64,000 nucleotides of DNA from Kudoa neothunni. Taxonomy: Eukaryota; Animalia; Cnidaria. Positions 41,865 through 56,541 of this stretch are shown here, in pieces (position 1 is the first letter of the stretch; every line of letters starts with the position of its first letter). The DNA lies in assembly GCA_964304625.1 (NCBI GenBank), contig OZ199840.1:9470882-9534881 (forward strand), given 5' to 3'. The notes under the pieces were generated by a model, which did no database searches, had not been told where the DNA came from, and was given only the letters and a program-made list of their open reading frames with translations. The translations under genes were made by a program, and so were the position numbers.

Positions 41865-42913
41865 ATGTCTTTTTTATTTGGAAAGAAAAAAACACCCCAA
41901 CAAATGCTCAGAGCCAATCAAAGAGCATTGAATCGAGCTATTCGGTATGATGGCTGTTAAATATGCGCACTTTTAATTTGAACAAATCTAGTGAGCTTGA
42001 TCGAGAGCGCACTCGAATGGAAAATCAGGAAAAAAAGGTCATAGTTGATATCAAGAATATGGCCAAACAAAATCAGATGGAAGCGGTTAAAATTATGGCG
42101 AAAGATTTGGTTAGAATTAAACGTTTTGTGCGTCAATTCATTCTAATGAGAGCCAACCTTCAGAGTGTTTCACTTAAAATTCAGGCATATTCATAGATTC
42201 AACTTTGAAATAGATTTCACAACTACTGTTGTTATTGTAGACACTTAAATCTACCAATGATATGTCGATGGCGATGAAAGGAGTTTCAGTTGTATGATTT
42301 TCGATTTATTCATCCTCGTGTTGATTGACTTTTGGGTCGATCATTAAATAGGCGATGAAACGTATGAATAAACAAATGAATTTGTCTAGTACTCAAAAAA
42401 TTTTGATGGAATTCGAAAAAGAAGTATCCTTGTTGTTATTAGTTGTTTAATGTATTGATTTAAACCACTTTGATTTAGTCTGAAATTATGGAAGCCAAAG
42501 GTGAAATGATGGAAGACACCATAGATACAGCCATTGGCCAAGAAGAAGATGATGATGAATCCGAAATGGTTGTTAGTAAATTGCTGAATGAGCTGGGAAT
42601 ATCTTTAAACCAAGAAGTAATTACTAATTTTGAAATTGATTTTAAATTAACTTTTTGTTGTAGATTTCGGCTATCCCTGCGGTCAACAATGGTACACAAC
42701 AACAAACGAATCATGAGAAACAAAAAACCGCTCTTCCAGTTAGTTCAAATGCTGTATCATCTAAGGATGATAAAAATGCGGTTAATACATCTGATTTGGA
42801 CGAACTTGAAGCAAGGTATATTTGTGTTTTGTTTTGTTTTATTGCTTATTGTGTTGTTTTTTTGATTTAGACTCACACGTCTCACCAATTACGATCAACA
42901 TAATAATAAATAA
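41865..42913 (+). CDS. CHMP2A: ESCRT-III subunit CHMP2A/Vps2 (7 exons)
   Basis: MSFLFGKKKTPQQMLRANQRALNRAIRELDRER...AVKIMAKDLVR...SLKIQTLKS...AMKGV...; C-terminal MIM1-like DELEARLTRL. Confidence 0.95.
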
Positions 42914-43764
42914 TATCACTCTGCTTGTCACTTTTCTCGTTTTTATATTTTGATTGTGCTTGAGTTATCCAACATAGTTGCATTTTATGAATAAACTTTG
43001 ACTTCCCCATAACTTTCTGTATTATTATGACCATATATTATTTGTTGAATGTCTCGTTTGTTATGGTGCGCTATAATATGTTATTCTGTGTTGTGTTATT
43101 GAATTAGCTATTAGGCAGTTGTATGTTTTAGCCAGAATTGCAGTTTATAACTTAAATTATTGAATCTTCTTGTTTAACTTCCAAGCACGTCAAAATCGCC
43201 TAGCTTAGCTATCACGTCGTTTTTGGGGTCCAATGGAGCCCATTTTCTTGTTGGTTATTCTAATTTATAAAAGATCGTTTATACGCTGTGTTTATAAAAT
43301 GTAACGAATACACATTAAATATAATAATAAGAATGAAATATAGGATAAATATTTTTTGGTGTATACAATAGATTATAAAAATTTCTCTTTGGATGATAGT
43401 CGCACAATTTGATCCAGCGACCCTCCCTCTAGAATTTCTTTTCTTCACTGTTTTTTCTCCGGCTAGATTTGTTCTAAAAACCCCATCTTTATATATTTGA
43501 GCTTAAAAGGTATATATCGACAGTAATTCCTTTAAATCACGCCTATGACATAAATAGATATTTTTTATTATTATTAATGCATTTGATATAAATAAATTTT
43601 TAAAAGATCGTCTATATAAAATGGGTTTGCAATTTTCACAAACATTATGTGTTATCAATTAAATTCAATAAAATAATTCTCGAACGATTATGCAATATAT
43701 ATATCTCAATTAAGAATGGCAAAAAATAAATAATTAATTGAACAATTTAAATCTTTTTAAATTA

Positions 43765-44310
43765 CAGTCGTACCTCGATTATCCGGAAACCTAAGTAACT
43801 ATTTAATCATTTTTCTGGATAAAACTACCACCCATCACCGTACGACATATACTCTGTAGCATATATACCAATGCAATATTCAAAAAAAATATTTCTAGGT
43901 TATTTATTAATAAATTTTTTGTTTAACACTTAAGTTAAGCATCCAGTTTTTATATACATTTGTGCTATATCTAAGCGTATGCTTTTGTGTATATTAAACA
44001 AAAATTAATTATCAATTATTTAAAAAAATAGGTTACTCCTCTGTAGACGTGTAAAAACTGCCATAATTATGTACTGTTTTTCCTTCAAGTCTCCATATTC
44101 TTAGTTAATAGCTATGTCAATATTTTTAATTTAAATGGCAGAAGTTAAAATATTTTACTTAATAAATAGTAAAAAATTGTTTATAATTCAAGTAAACAAT
44201 CCATTAAGTAGAAATAAGAAAAAATACGAGCACAAGACATTGTTTATGCTCGCTATCTGGAAAGAAAATCGACGACCCCAAATTTTCCGGATAATCGAGA
44301 TTTTTATACC
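43765..44310. mobile_element. Tc1/pogo-type MITE remnant
   Basis: Left end TA|CAGTCGTACCTCGATTATCCGGAAA; a perfect 16-bp inverted copy TTTCCGGATAATCGAG at about 44284-44299. The right boundary is uncertain. Confidence 0.55.
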
Positions 44311-45622
44311 TATAAATAATAAATGCATTCGAGAAAAAATTAAAAAATATATATTTTATGATGATAATGTTATTTAAAAGAATGGTTTATACAAACAACT
44401 CGATTTTTTCTGACATTACGTGCGTTCTTGTTGATCAACTGTACGATCGACCGGAGTATAAAATGCTCCCATAATCATGAATAATAAGTATTCCAAGGAA
44501 TACTTATTATAATTTTAAATAAAATTAAAAAATAATTAATAAATGCCTGGAGGTTGTTCTTAGGGGGTTTAAATTTCCTGCGTTAAGTCATGGGTCTTAT
44601 CTCTGACTTATACAGGATATTTATTGGAGATTAAAAATGATGAGAGAGATTTATCATGTAGTACAAGAACAACAATTTAATTCATTAATAAATATATAAT
44701 TATGTATTTTATCATTTATATCCGTGCTTTAACCCCTCCAATTTTAGGATTAACCTAATTCTTGAGAAAAAATTCATAAATTGGGATTATTTTATCGTTT
44801 ATTTTCTTATTAATGCTTATTGACTGATTTTATTTTACTTAATTTTATATTCGAGGCTGCAATGTTTTCTTACAAAATTGGTATTTCATTTTCAATTCTA
44901 GTTTTTAAAAATCCTCATTCAAAATAGTATTTTATTTATAAAAATATAATATTTTAAACCATTTTTATAGTAGGAACAGAATAACTAATATTATATTATT
45001 AATAAATGGGCTCCTAGGAAAATCGTATATCTTGGGTGAGACACGGGATCAAAATGATATTATTAGGAGCATACATTATTTGACATTCTCCCCCCAAACG
45101 ACTAATGACTAATCGTAATATATCTATTAGATAATGTTAATCGTGAAATATTATGATATTGAGGATTTTTCATAGTCCGCGATGCCAAATTAAATAAGAG
45201 AGTTATTTGAGCCGATTGGAATTCGAAAATGAGGAATTAATAAAAAATTATTTTTCTCAATTATTTCATGCCTATTATAAGTTTTTACAGGGAGAATTAA
45301 TATACCTCTATTATCATACCAATAAAAATATAATGTTAAAATTGTTATTTCATATTCCGCTAAATTCATCTAAAATATATATAATAAAATTATTTAATTC
45401 AACGTTTAAAGAGTTGTTGGTTAATAAATATCATCAACTTTAAATATGATCGATAAATTATCGAATAATTTAAATAATGATTAAATTATTATCAGATCTC
45501 AGTTTTTTGACAAATATATCAATTTTAGACGTTCAGAATAACCGATAATTATTGAGATAACGTTCAAATCTAAAATAAAAAAGATAAATTTGGTATTCAA
45601 CACTTGTCAGTTATTTGCCAAA

Positions 45623-48600
45623 ATGCTAGCCGCGGTGCTCTTTGGTTTAATACTTTTTGTGGGTTCCGGTAATATTTATGTTAATATATTTATATACGCG
45701 CCAAATTTGAAGAGCATTCTACCTCTACAAACAAACAAAAGCAATGCCTCCTTTGTATATCACGATCAAATCGAAATTGGTGTGTAGATGGAGTAACCAT
45801 TTCTACTAAAATCTCATATTTAAATAATGGATATATATGTAGCGGAGTTCAAAGGAGGACCAATGTGTGTCAAATGAAACTAGCGAATGTATATCTTATG
45901 CTGAGAACAGAACTTTAGTAAACTTAAATGTATTAAAAAATTCAACAGTTTGATTACCTAAATTAAAATATTTTGGTTTGATTTTATATAGGTCCCACGA
46001 AAATCCACATCTAATTTGGATATTAGAGATAAAACATTGTTAAAGTTTCCTCGGTTATCTCCACGTAACATTTGCTATGTTTCCACTGTAAATATTGCAT
46101 ATACCAAAGATAAACGTAAAAAAGTTAAAACTACTCATAACGTTTCTCTGTTTCGCATGGAAAAAATTCAAATATACTTTATTATTGATATATCCTTGGC
46201 AGGGTCAGTGTATTGGCAGCGAGCAAAAGCGTTAAGTTAATTTCGGATATTTTAATTTTTTCTAATTAAAATAAATAGTATCAGAAATAAGATCCTATCT
46301 GGCGGTTGAAAAAGGTATTGGCTTGTTGTATAATAAAGTCTACACGTCACAAAAGTATAATATTTTGATGATGATGATGATGATAATACTTGTTTGCCAT
46401 TACATATCCTATATCCTATCCCGTAGGACGGTATATGATTTTAAGAATTTAGTTGAAATAACTGAGGACAGTAACAAAATCGTAAGTGTTTAGGAATCCT
46501 CATTTGATTATATGGGTTAATAGGAAAGAATCATTGGCGAACTAGATCAACAACCCAGACAGCAACATTCTACCGGGTTCAATACTCGCCAGAATGTGGC
46601 CATAGATACTATTATCCAAACTATAATATGTGATAAAAAGGTTTTAAACATGCATGTATATCAACTTAATTCACCCATAATAGATCAACTGGGATAGCAG
46701 TGTCACAAGTAGGAAGTATGTGGTTCTATTTTCCGACTCATTGCCATTGTCCGCGAGGAATCACCAGGTAAAACTAGAACTAAATATTGAATAGAAACTC
46801 AATAAATTTAACCTATAAAAACATACTCAGATGCCCATCTTCACGAAATATGAAGACTTAAAATGTGAAATATCAGACTTAGGACTATACAGAAATAAAG
46901 TAAAATAGTCGCATTATTTATCTGCCAGTGTATACATTTGTATGTAATGCATAAAGAATATTGTTAACGATGATCGAATATTCCATTCGATTCTTATCAA
47001 AAATAGGGTTGAACTATTTGTGGCAACATCTAATCACACTGTTCAAACAATATATAAAGTATTATTTAAAATAATGTTTGTAAGGTTGAGTTTATAAATT
47101 TGAAGAAACTTTTACAATACAATAATTATAACCTTGGAGAGGTGTTTATGTACAGCCCAACTTCCGCATTAATTCTCTCTTTTTCACAATTTATTAATGT
47201 GAGAAAAATTAAATTAATATATTTTAAATAAAACATCTTTATTTTTATCCAAGAAAGCAAACCAAGTGATAGTACTACCCCCACAAGACGATAACTATTT
47301 CTCTTTCAATGTGGTGAAGAAACAAATGTTTGATTTTTAATCATACAGCTGTTATAATATATAATTTTATAAATGTATATTGAATTTAGACCTCAACCCT
47401 GGGATTCTAACCTTGTTAGAATAACCATATCGATAGAAGTTATAAAGTGTTTACCGGGAAATCAACCCAAATTGTACTTACCATCTAACTATTAAAATAT
47501 TTTAAGACTTGAGATTTTTGTTCAGATACGATATCATTTTTGCCGGTTTTGGAGCTATAAAAATGGTGCTGAATACTTTCTATTGTTCATGCGACTGTGA
47601 AAATCCCGATCATTATACATACGTAAAAAATTATTATTTGGTTTTGAATAGGAAATTACTATATTTTTCTTATCTGTAGAAAATACTCAGTGAATTGTGC
47701 TCACTGAATGGAGACCATATTTGTGGGCATTGTAGATGCAATCTACACAGGTAAACAAATATTTGGCGCCAATTTAGTTGGATAATTTTTAGTTCGGGGG
47801 AGAAATGCGACACACTTAATGATAATTTACTAGAAAAAGGTGACAACAATTTATCAAAACATTGTGATGACATCAGCGAGCACAATTATGGCATTCAAAG
47901 TTATCTAAATGAAACAACAGTTTTGAGTAATCCTTGAATACTTGACGTGTTACTAAGAAATGCTCTTAATTAAACAGATAACTGTAATTTTCAACAATTC
48001 AAATCATTTATGCTAACCAGAAACTGTGTCGATCCTACCACCAACCAGGTTAAGCCACAAAATAATAGCAGTCTCTATTTTCATGGTTGTTAGAAATGTA
48101 ATAACAAAGGAGAATGCCCGTATGGGAGGTGCGACTGCTTCGTGGGTTATACAGGGGAATTTTGCAACAAAATTGTAAATTAATAATAGTGTACACTAGA
48201 ATTACTTAATTATCAATAATATCATTGCTAGGATAAATATGAGCTTTGTGATAGGGTCACTGTGTGCGTCAAGGAAAAATACAAGTTAAATAATGAAACT
48301 AAGCTTATACCTATCACGTTAATCCAAAATGAATTTTGTTTATCTTTGAAAGAAACTGCGATTGATTCATTTGACAACAAATTTGACTGTTACTTTGATA
48401 TACTTCCCTGTGTGCATAAGTATAGTGTGTTGATGAGTGAGGGCCGTTATTTTGTTAAACTTGATCGAAAAAATTGGAAACGTAAATTCGATTCGATAAT
48501 TGATTATTAACATATTTGAAATAGTGTGTAGAACCATTCGTCACAGAGATATGATGATATTAGGGTATGTTGGTGCAACGATTGGGGTTTTGTTTACGAC

Positions 48601-48808
48601 TTTTGTGGTGTACATATTGGCCAGCAAGAAATCAAAGGCGGTGTATCTATTGACTTAATTTCTCACTACTCATGTCTATGTTTGAGAACATTTTACAAAA
48701 TGCCTTTGTATTTAGCTCTTCAAATCAGAGTGGATGCCATTTTTACCCGAAACATTGCCCATCAGATTATTACATACTAAATCCGCCTCATGTGATGAGT
48801 TGATGTAA
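45623..48808 (+). CDS. Divergent integrin beta subunit (many micro-exons)
   Basis: Signal peptide; PSI-like CLLCISRSNRNWCVD; RLSPRNI; beta-I segments YDFKNLVEITED, IDTIIQTIICDKKINW..KYVVLFSD and LIKNRVELFVAT; I-EGF repeats CSLNGDHICGHCRC and CNNKGECPYGRCDCFVGYTGEFC; TM helix and a short tail. Confidence 0.8.
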
Positions 48809-51347
48809 TAGTTTAATCAATAAATAAGACATAGTAAAGTTATTTTTTATTAGCATGTTAGAAAATTATTGTTTCTTTATTGATGGATCAATCACTTTAA
48901 AATATAAATTATTTATCATAATGATTGGAGTGTTATACAGTAGGTAATCGATTATCTACTGTATTTCTGTTTTTTCCAATTTAAATATTATTAATACTGA
49001 CATTCATTGAAATATTCTGATCATTTATTGAGTTTATTATATGTCTCTCAATAGATTAAATTTATCCCTTCGCAGATTTCAGAAATGCGGGGGTTGTTTT
49101 CTGAGATGGAGTAAACTCTTTATTTATCAAGGATTGCAATTTTCGTAGCATAGACTGCTTTTTATATCTATAGATGATATAAAATTGATTTCACTTGCAT
49201 ATATATAATTTATTTGTTTAAACTATTAATGAATGTTTGAGACTTTATTACATTATACTAAAAAACAATGTATTTGGTTAGTTTTAGGATTTGTGATCTC
49301 AACCCAATCAAAAGAGTGGTTAGAACGTACATAACGTAACGTTTTTGGTAATGTAACTTATTTATTCGAGTCTAAAGCCAAATTTTCTAATAATATTCCA
49401 ATATTCATTTTAGTTAATTATAAATCAATATTATAATTTTCTTAACTGTTTCAACCCAAATTATGCCGTATAACATCATTTGATTAATCGCGTAATTTCT
49501 CATTTTCTGTCGTACTTAAAAGCTAATTATTCTCCGTATAAATATTATTTAAAAATGGTTTTATAAACGTTTAAACAATTTCATTATTTCTTAGGTTTCA
49601 TATGTAGAAAAGTATGGAGAAAATTGTGTAATTGAAGCAGATTAATTTTGAATTATTGTATCGGTTAATAAAGGTAGTGTAAGCTTTTATGCAAAACTAC
49701 CCAAATATATTTAATTATAAGTATTCGATACAATTTAAAAATAATATTTAATTCGAATTAGAAGCGACTGAAGACGCATTAATCAATAAACTGAACCGAT
49801 TAATTCTTAAAGCAAAAAAATAATAAAAATTATCTATTTTCTGCCAAAAGGCGCCTATATGCCCCACTTAGGTTAAGTTAGGACTTAAATCGCTAGATAT
49901 TAATTAAATGGTAATTTGGAATAAAGATTTAGGAAAATCATAATATTTGAATCCATTTATTGAATTATTTCATGATCAAAGTTGATTATTTTAAATAATC
50001 CTCAATTATTATAGTTATTTGATCACATGATCAATTTATATTCGCAAATTATCTAAAATCATCAACTAGAAATAACTATATTTTTATTTATTATGCGTAT
50101 AATAAATCTAAAGCTATTTTTGGATGTTGGATTTTCTCCATCCAAACCGACTTACCTCCGTCAAAACATAAAAAAAACTAGATGCTGAGAGAATTTGTTA
50201 GATAACTTAAGCATGTTTCTATAAACATTAAAATACCCACAAGAATTTATTTTTTGGGAGTCATTAAAATATTTATCTTACAATAAACAAACCAATATAT
50301 TAATGTCGTTTATAATTAATATAAAAACATTTGATTATTATTAATTGGATTAGAAAAAAAAATTTTAAGAAAAAAGCCAACAACTGCATCATATAATCAT
50401 AAAAAATCTAATCCGATATATATTTGTAGTATTTCGTGAATCCGTATAAATCCAATTACAAAGGTTCGTTGTTGATCGACCAAGGGCGAATATTCTAGTT
50501 TTAGAATATTTATTATTAGAATGTGCGAATAATATAAACTAGAGAGTAGATATTTTTTTCGAGGAGATTAATTAACACTGCTACCACATGTACATCAAAT
50601 CCTGCAACATACCAAGCTAAATGATATTTTTTTCTATTATATTTTAAGGCGATTAGTACATTGACTTAATAAATTATATTATCCAATCCTGTTTGATTAT
50701 CTAAATATTAGAGGGCTCACATCAAATATTTTTTTCACATTATCAACATATGTATTTTAGATTATTAATATTCGGCGGAAAATCCATCATATAAATGTTT
50801 CTAATAATTTATAATTATCCGAGTTTTACGAAGTATGGAATAGAATGAACGAACAAAATTCATTGAGATTATAATCACATTTATTGGTTTTTCTCTCAAA
50901 ATTCTATCCAAAACAAAACTAATTAAATTTTTTCAGACCTACTGATTTCATTAACTTTCGACTCCCTCCATTTTTTACATCCAAAGTTAACTACTGAGAT
51001 TGTTTTCGAGAAAGCAAGATAAAAAAAGTAACTATATCAAAAACTTTATTAATATTAAAGCTATATTATATTTTCATATTCAAAATTTGTTCATTTTGTG
51101 TATGAAAATAATATTTAAACGGCGCCATATCAAAAATAGTACAATAAAATATTTAAAATTTCATTAAATCGTGCACATATAGAAAGAAAAAAACTATGTA
51201 TATACTAAAAAATAACATAAGCAAACCATTAGATTTAAAGTAGTTCAACGGGATTCGTTAACAAGTAAGCAACTACGAAAAGTGTCAATAATATAGTTGA
51301 TAAGAACCAATAAAGTCTCATTGACAGTGAGCTCTTGTCAGTATAGA

Positions 51348-53247
51348 TTAAGACATGGTTCCAAAAACTGGGTTGTGACGACAGATAGAGGGACCATACT
51401 CATCATATTCCTTCTTGGTATGACAACATTTGAAGAATTCCGGCTAAAAATAAATCACACCGATTCCCACAACTCATCAACATCTTACACTAGAGGCTAA
51501 CATACTGCCACCAAACCATACAGCATAACGTTGAGTTTGATGAGAAATAACATTGACATCGATGGGTTTAGGCTAGATGCGAGATAATGAGCAACAAACC
51601 GACCACAAATGTAGTTGAATACTTTCACTCCTTTGGAGATTTCTCCAGCCATTTTGATTCTAGCGTCCACACTGCGTTTAACATCTCTCTGGATTCTTCT
51701 GCCCAAATCCTTAAAAATGGTGCTACCTCCACTGAGAGCGATCAAATTGTAGAGTCCTCTACGCGAATCGATAGGACAGCTTTGGATAGACAAATCAACA
51801 ATCTCAGACAAAGATTGGGAGAAATCAGAATTGGAGAACTAAATCCGAGCTCAGGCATTGCTAAATAAATACCATTGGATTGTTACCTCTGGAGAGAAGA
51901 AAATTTCAGGCGCAAGGAAACGTTCATAACCAATATCAAAATTAACTTCCTACAAACAGCAACATTTAGGCTCAATCTTATTGCATATGTGAGAATAACC
52001 TTTTTGGAAACTGGATGAGTGAAAGTGTGTTTCTTAAACCATTTGGCTGGTTCAGCATCATATTTGTTAAATTCTTTCACAATATCTGAACAAGTGTAAC
52101 TGTATTTTTCCTATATGTAATCGTATAATCAATCTCGAGCCGATATATATCTAAATATACCTTTACGTCTCTGGCGATTTCAAGAGCAAACTCAGGTGGT
52201 ACATTTCCTTCACGATCTCGCAACTGTTGCAGTATGAATCCGGTGATATCGCGACCGGCAATGGGCACATGTTTAATACAACTACCAATCACATATCCTT
52301 CAGCCTAGATGAAAGTTGATTATATCGGTCCATTGTATTTGATTAAAATTGTTATTGCAACAATTGTGAGATGCAACCGATGGTTGATAATAAAGTCGAA
52401 ACGACATACCACAGGAATAACATGAGTGACACCATCACCTGAGTCGATAACAGTTCCGGTGAGGGTTTGTTTTTCAACTTGTTTGGAGGTCCATGAAGCA
52501 GCCAACGCAAGCACAGCCTAAAATATAAAGTCAAATATTCGTACAAATACATATCAAATATATATATATATATATATATATCAAAAAATATAGATGGACG
52601 AAAAGTTGTTATATGTATATTTGGAAAAGTTGTTGTCCTCGGGTTTTAAAGTTCAATCTAAAATGCGCTACCTGCACAGCAATGTATAAGCCGGGCACGT
52701 TGTTAGATTCGAACATGATCTCAGCTAAGTATTCGCGATTTTCTGGAGGATTCAAAGGTGGCTCAGTCATCAGAAAGTAATGATCTTCAGGATTGCAACG
52801 TAGATATTTGAAAATAACTTGCTCAGTGTATCTTTCCATGTAGTCCCAATTGTCGATAAGTCCATGTCTTATAAAATACTATACGAGCGAATGGAGATAA
52901 AAATTTGGTTGACGGATAGGTTATAAAAAACTTTTGTGGTGTAATGAGGACGATCGATGGCTTCGTCACCGATGTAAAAGTCCAAATCTTCTAACCCTTT
53001 GGTTTGTTTACCACCCACATTAGTTCCTTCCTTGACGGCGATAGCTACGTATTTGATAAAATCAATTCACTGTCCTAGTGTCGGCTTGCAAAGATTCTAC
53101 CTGTTGGGAACATGAACTGTGGCTCGGCATTTCCTGCATAACCCATTTTGGTGTAGCTAACAGATGGGATTGTTGAAATTGTTTCACCCACTACACAAAA
53201 AATTACCCAGTTCCATTATCAACAACGCAAGCAGGAAGTGTAGTCAT
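51348..53247 (-). CDS. ACTR3: Actin-related protein 3 (Arp2/3 complex)
   Basis: [63 protein letters not shown] and [15 protein letters not shown]. Confidence 0.97.
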
Positions 53248-54205
53248 TTTAGGTGTGTGTTAAGACTGTCGTAATGCCCTAATTCCACTTCGTATTGATA
53301 TCCACCCTCCTAATTCCAAGATATACTAATAAGTTTTATACCTCAGAATATCTATTAATTACTAAATTTCCTCCCATACATATAGTTTATAGTTTTTGTG
53401 AGTGAATCGTTGGCAAAACTGTTTATGTTTTCATCCACAGAGGGATTAGATTGAAAGGAGAAAAATGATTAAATCTTTGTTGTTTAGATAAGTAAACCAC
53501 TCATTTACATTCTTATTAGTATATTAAACAACATCTGGGATGTCAACTTTAAAGATGGAGTCTACTCGATCACGCTTGCAACAAATATCAAGATGACGAC
53601 AAACAAACCAGATTAACAAAATAGAATTGTCAATTTTGGTATTATGAATACCGCACTTATTTCCCGTATTCAATTATTCTTAATTATTCTTGATCATTCT
53701 TAATCAAACTTAATCATTCTTATTTATGGGGGAAATTTTATTAAATCAAATCCACCCTTATTCCTTCGAATATTAATCCATATTAAATGAAGTCGACTAC
53801 AACGAAACTATTGCGAGATTACGCGAAAGGTAACGATACATATATACAGTCAGTGGAATGCAAGAAAATATTGATAATTTATTGTAACTTATTGTAAATA
53901 GTGTAGAGTAAACAAAGTTTGGTTCTCACAAGTCCAAAAGAATGATATATTTATTGTATAATAACAAACAAGAATCGCCCGACCTAACCCGAATATGATA
54001 GTAACTATAAAATACAGCAATCCTCTTGATAGGCTGACGTTAAAAAGACGAAGACAAACTCATACTAAAATATTATCAAATGACATTTATTACGAAACGT
54101 ACAGAGCAATTTTGCGCCAATATAAAGTGATGCTTATTCGATAATAATCATTGAGCATGCATGTATACAACAAAATAGTTTTAAAAAATATATAACAATA
54201 ATGAG

Positions 54206-56541
54206 TCATTCGGGGTTGGAATCTTTTTCACCATCAACGATTTTCTGGAACAAATATTCATTTTCGGTGGATAACGATTTGTCTAAAATTGGCGTGAATT
54301 TAAGTGATTGCAACATCAACAAAGAACCTACTCAAAGCTTTATCAATCAAATCCAAATGCATTTTTTCTTCAAATTTGAATTTTTTCTAATTACGTAGGT
54401 CATGTGACATTTTTTTGATAGTTAAGGTAGGTTGGATTGTTGGCACGAGCAATAATATTAGTTATAATTTAATCGAGTAGTTTTTGCTCTAAATTTAAAA
54501 GATACTAATCAATAATTGCATGTTTTTAAGATATGAACTGCGCGCACCTCCTACCTCTGTTAAGTAGAATGGAACGTTCTAATTTAACATATTTGCGCAG
54601 GCGCGCATATTAAAACTATATGAAAAGTTAAAAACGTTACAACTAGGAAGTAATTAATCCCGCACTAATATCAATAATTCCCTTTATAGCGTGGAAATAT
54701 AATTAAATGCGTTAGATCAAGTTGGTTTAGTTATACCGTAAAAACATTTCTGCTCTCAATGGAGTAGATAGATTACGATGTTTAATAATTAGATTGTATA
54801 TAACAAAGAATACGCTTTAATTAACTAAAATAAAATAAATAACGACAATATGGGATTATTTCAATTATTATTATTGTTGTTGGTATTATGCGACGCAAAT
54901 ATCAACGAGCATATCAGGATTTAATAAGACGACTAAACTCCTCATCTAATCCCCAATCTTCAATATTTACAAGCTCTCATTATTTTTAATGATTAAAATT
55001 TAATATTACGACTAATTTTCATTTAATTACAATAAGAAAGAATAAAAATGCTGCGCAGAAACAGTGACACACCATTATTTAAAATCCAGAATGGATCAAC
55101 AAAATATTAATGGAAATTTTCTGTGACACCACTCTCAAAATGACCCTTGTTTAGAACTAAATTGGTAATTGGAGGTTGAGGTGCCATATCGCTCAATTAA
55201 CAATCGCGCATATGCAATTAGTGAATCACATCCCTTATAATCCATAATTTTATTTTTAAGATGATACAAATTTCTTGATAAAACGAAAAAAGTTAACTTC
55301 AAACAAATTTGTAAGAATGTTATCGTTGAAACGATATATCGTTAAAATTTTGAGCAGTGTTAATTTAAATAAAAATAACGCGCATGCGCATTTCATCAAT
55401 CTTTTCAATTTGATATTCGATATCTAAAAATTAAATTGCGCCGTGCCAACAACCTCAATCTTCAAAATTCACAACCTTCACGGAATCACGAGTTTTACCG
55501 GGGAAAAATGTAGACATGGTCTGAAAATCAGCACCCACAACACTTAAAACTTGATAAAATCTAATTGTATCTGCGCAAATATCATAACATTAAGTTATTT
55601 TTATAAACACAAATACCCTCTATAGACCATTTGCTCCTGCATGAAGACTTATTCCGTTTAGTGTTGTATAACAAAGGGGCCTCATAAGTCACTTCATTTG
55701 TAATATCAATTGCTCTAATGGAATCAATAATTAATGATAATTATTGTTAACAATACATTAATAAAATATAATAGAGAAGATTATTAAATATTGTGGGTGA
55801 TTAGGCTGGTAATTTTGGAATTACTTTGAAGAACTTTTAAGTTTGTCGGGAGCAATCGAGCGAATAATAAGACTTTCCTCGTCAATGACAATATTTCCAC
55901 TGGCATCCAACTTTAATTGGGGAGCATCGATGCAACCGGTTGGTTGATGTTGATTTTCCTCTTCAATATCAACCAATTCTGGGTCACTTTTATGGTTTTC
56001 ATCGTTAGCATGGTGACTACACGTGACCATTATAATTTGAAACCATAACAACGTACGGATTACTCCACATCGTTGTCACTGTAATTAGATTTCTTATCAT
56101 AAATTGTATCTAGAATAATATCTTTGAGGGACTTGCGCGATAATTTCTTGTATTCGTCTTCACTATCATCGGAGTAGGAATCATCTTGATCACTTTCGGT
56201 GTATTTAGAGAAATATTTTTTAGCTTTCGATTTGTATTTTTTGCCTTTGAATATCAATTAATTTTAATTTAATTTAAATTGAAACTGAAATATTATGAAG
56301 AGCCCAGCTCAAAGCATAATACCTTTTTGTTGTTGTTTTCTTCGACGCTTAAATTTTTTCTTTGATTCATTCACCTAAGGGAATTTTAATCCAAACAGGC
56401 CATATAGACGCATGCGATTATATCATAACCACAATTTTTATCTACTCGTATGATACATGATTGTAAATTGGTTGGTAGGTTAGCAGCGGGAGTTCCATTG
56501 TCTGTCTTTTCGGCCGGTTTCAATCGTTTTCTACCAACCAT
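54206..56541 (-). CDS. BDP1: BDP1-like (TFIIIB B'') SANT/Myb-domain protein; core 55480-56541, 3' exons uncertain
   Basis: APQLKLDASGNIVIDEESLII followed by KWSIE-DTIRFYQVLSVVGADFQTMSTFFPGKTRDSVK, matching the Bdp1 extended-SANT pattern. Plausible further exons extend to a TGA at 54206. Confidence 0.7.

Noticed and set aside
55378-55392. NRF1-like GCGCATGCGCA motif (others near 41745, 54595 and 61624)
   Set aside because: This copy probably lies in a BDP1 exon. The others are too few and inconsistently placed to call promoters.
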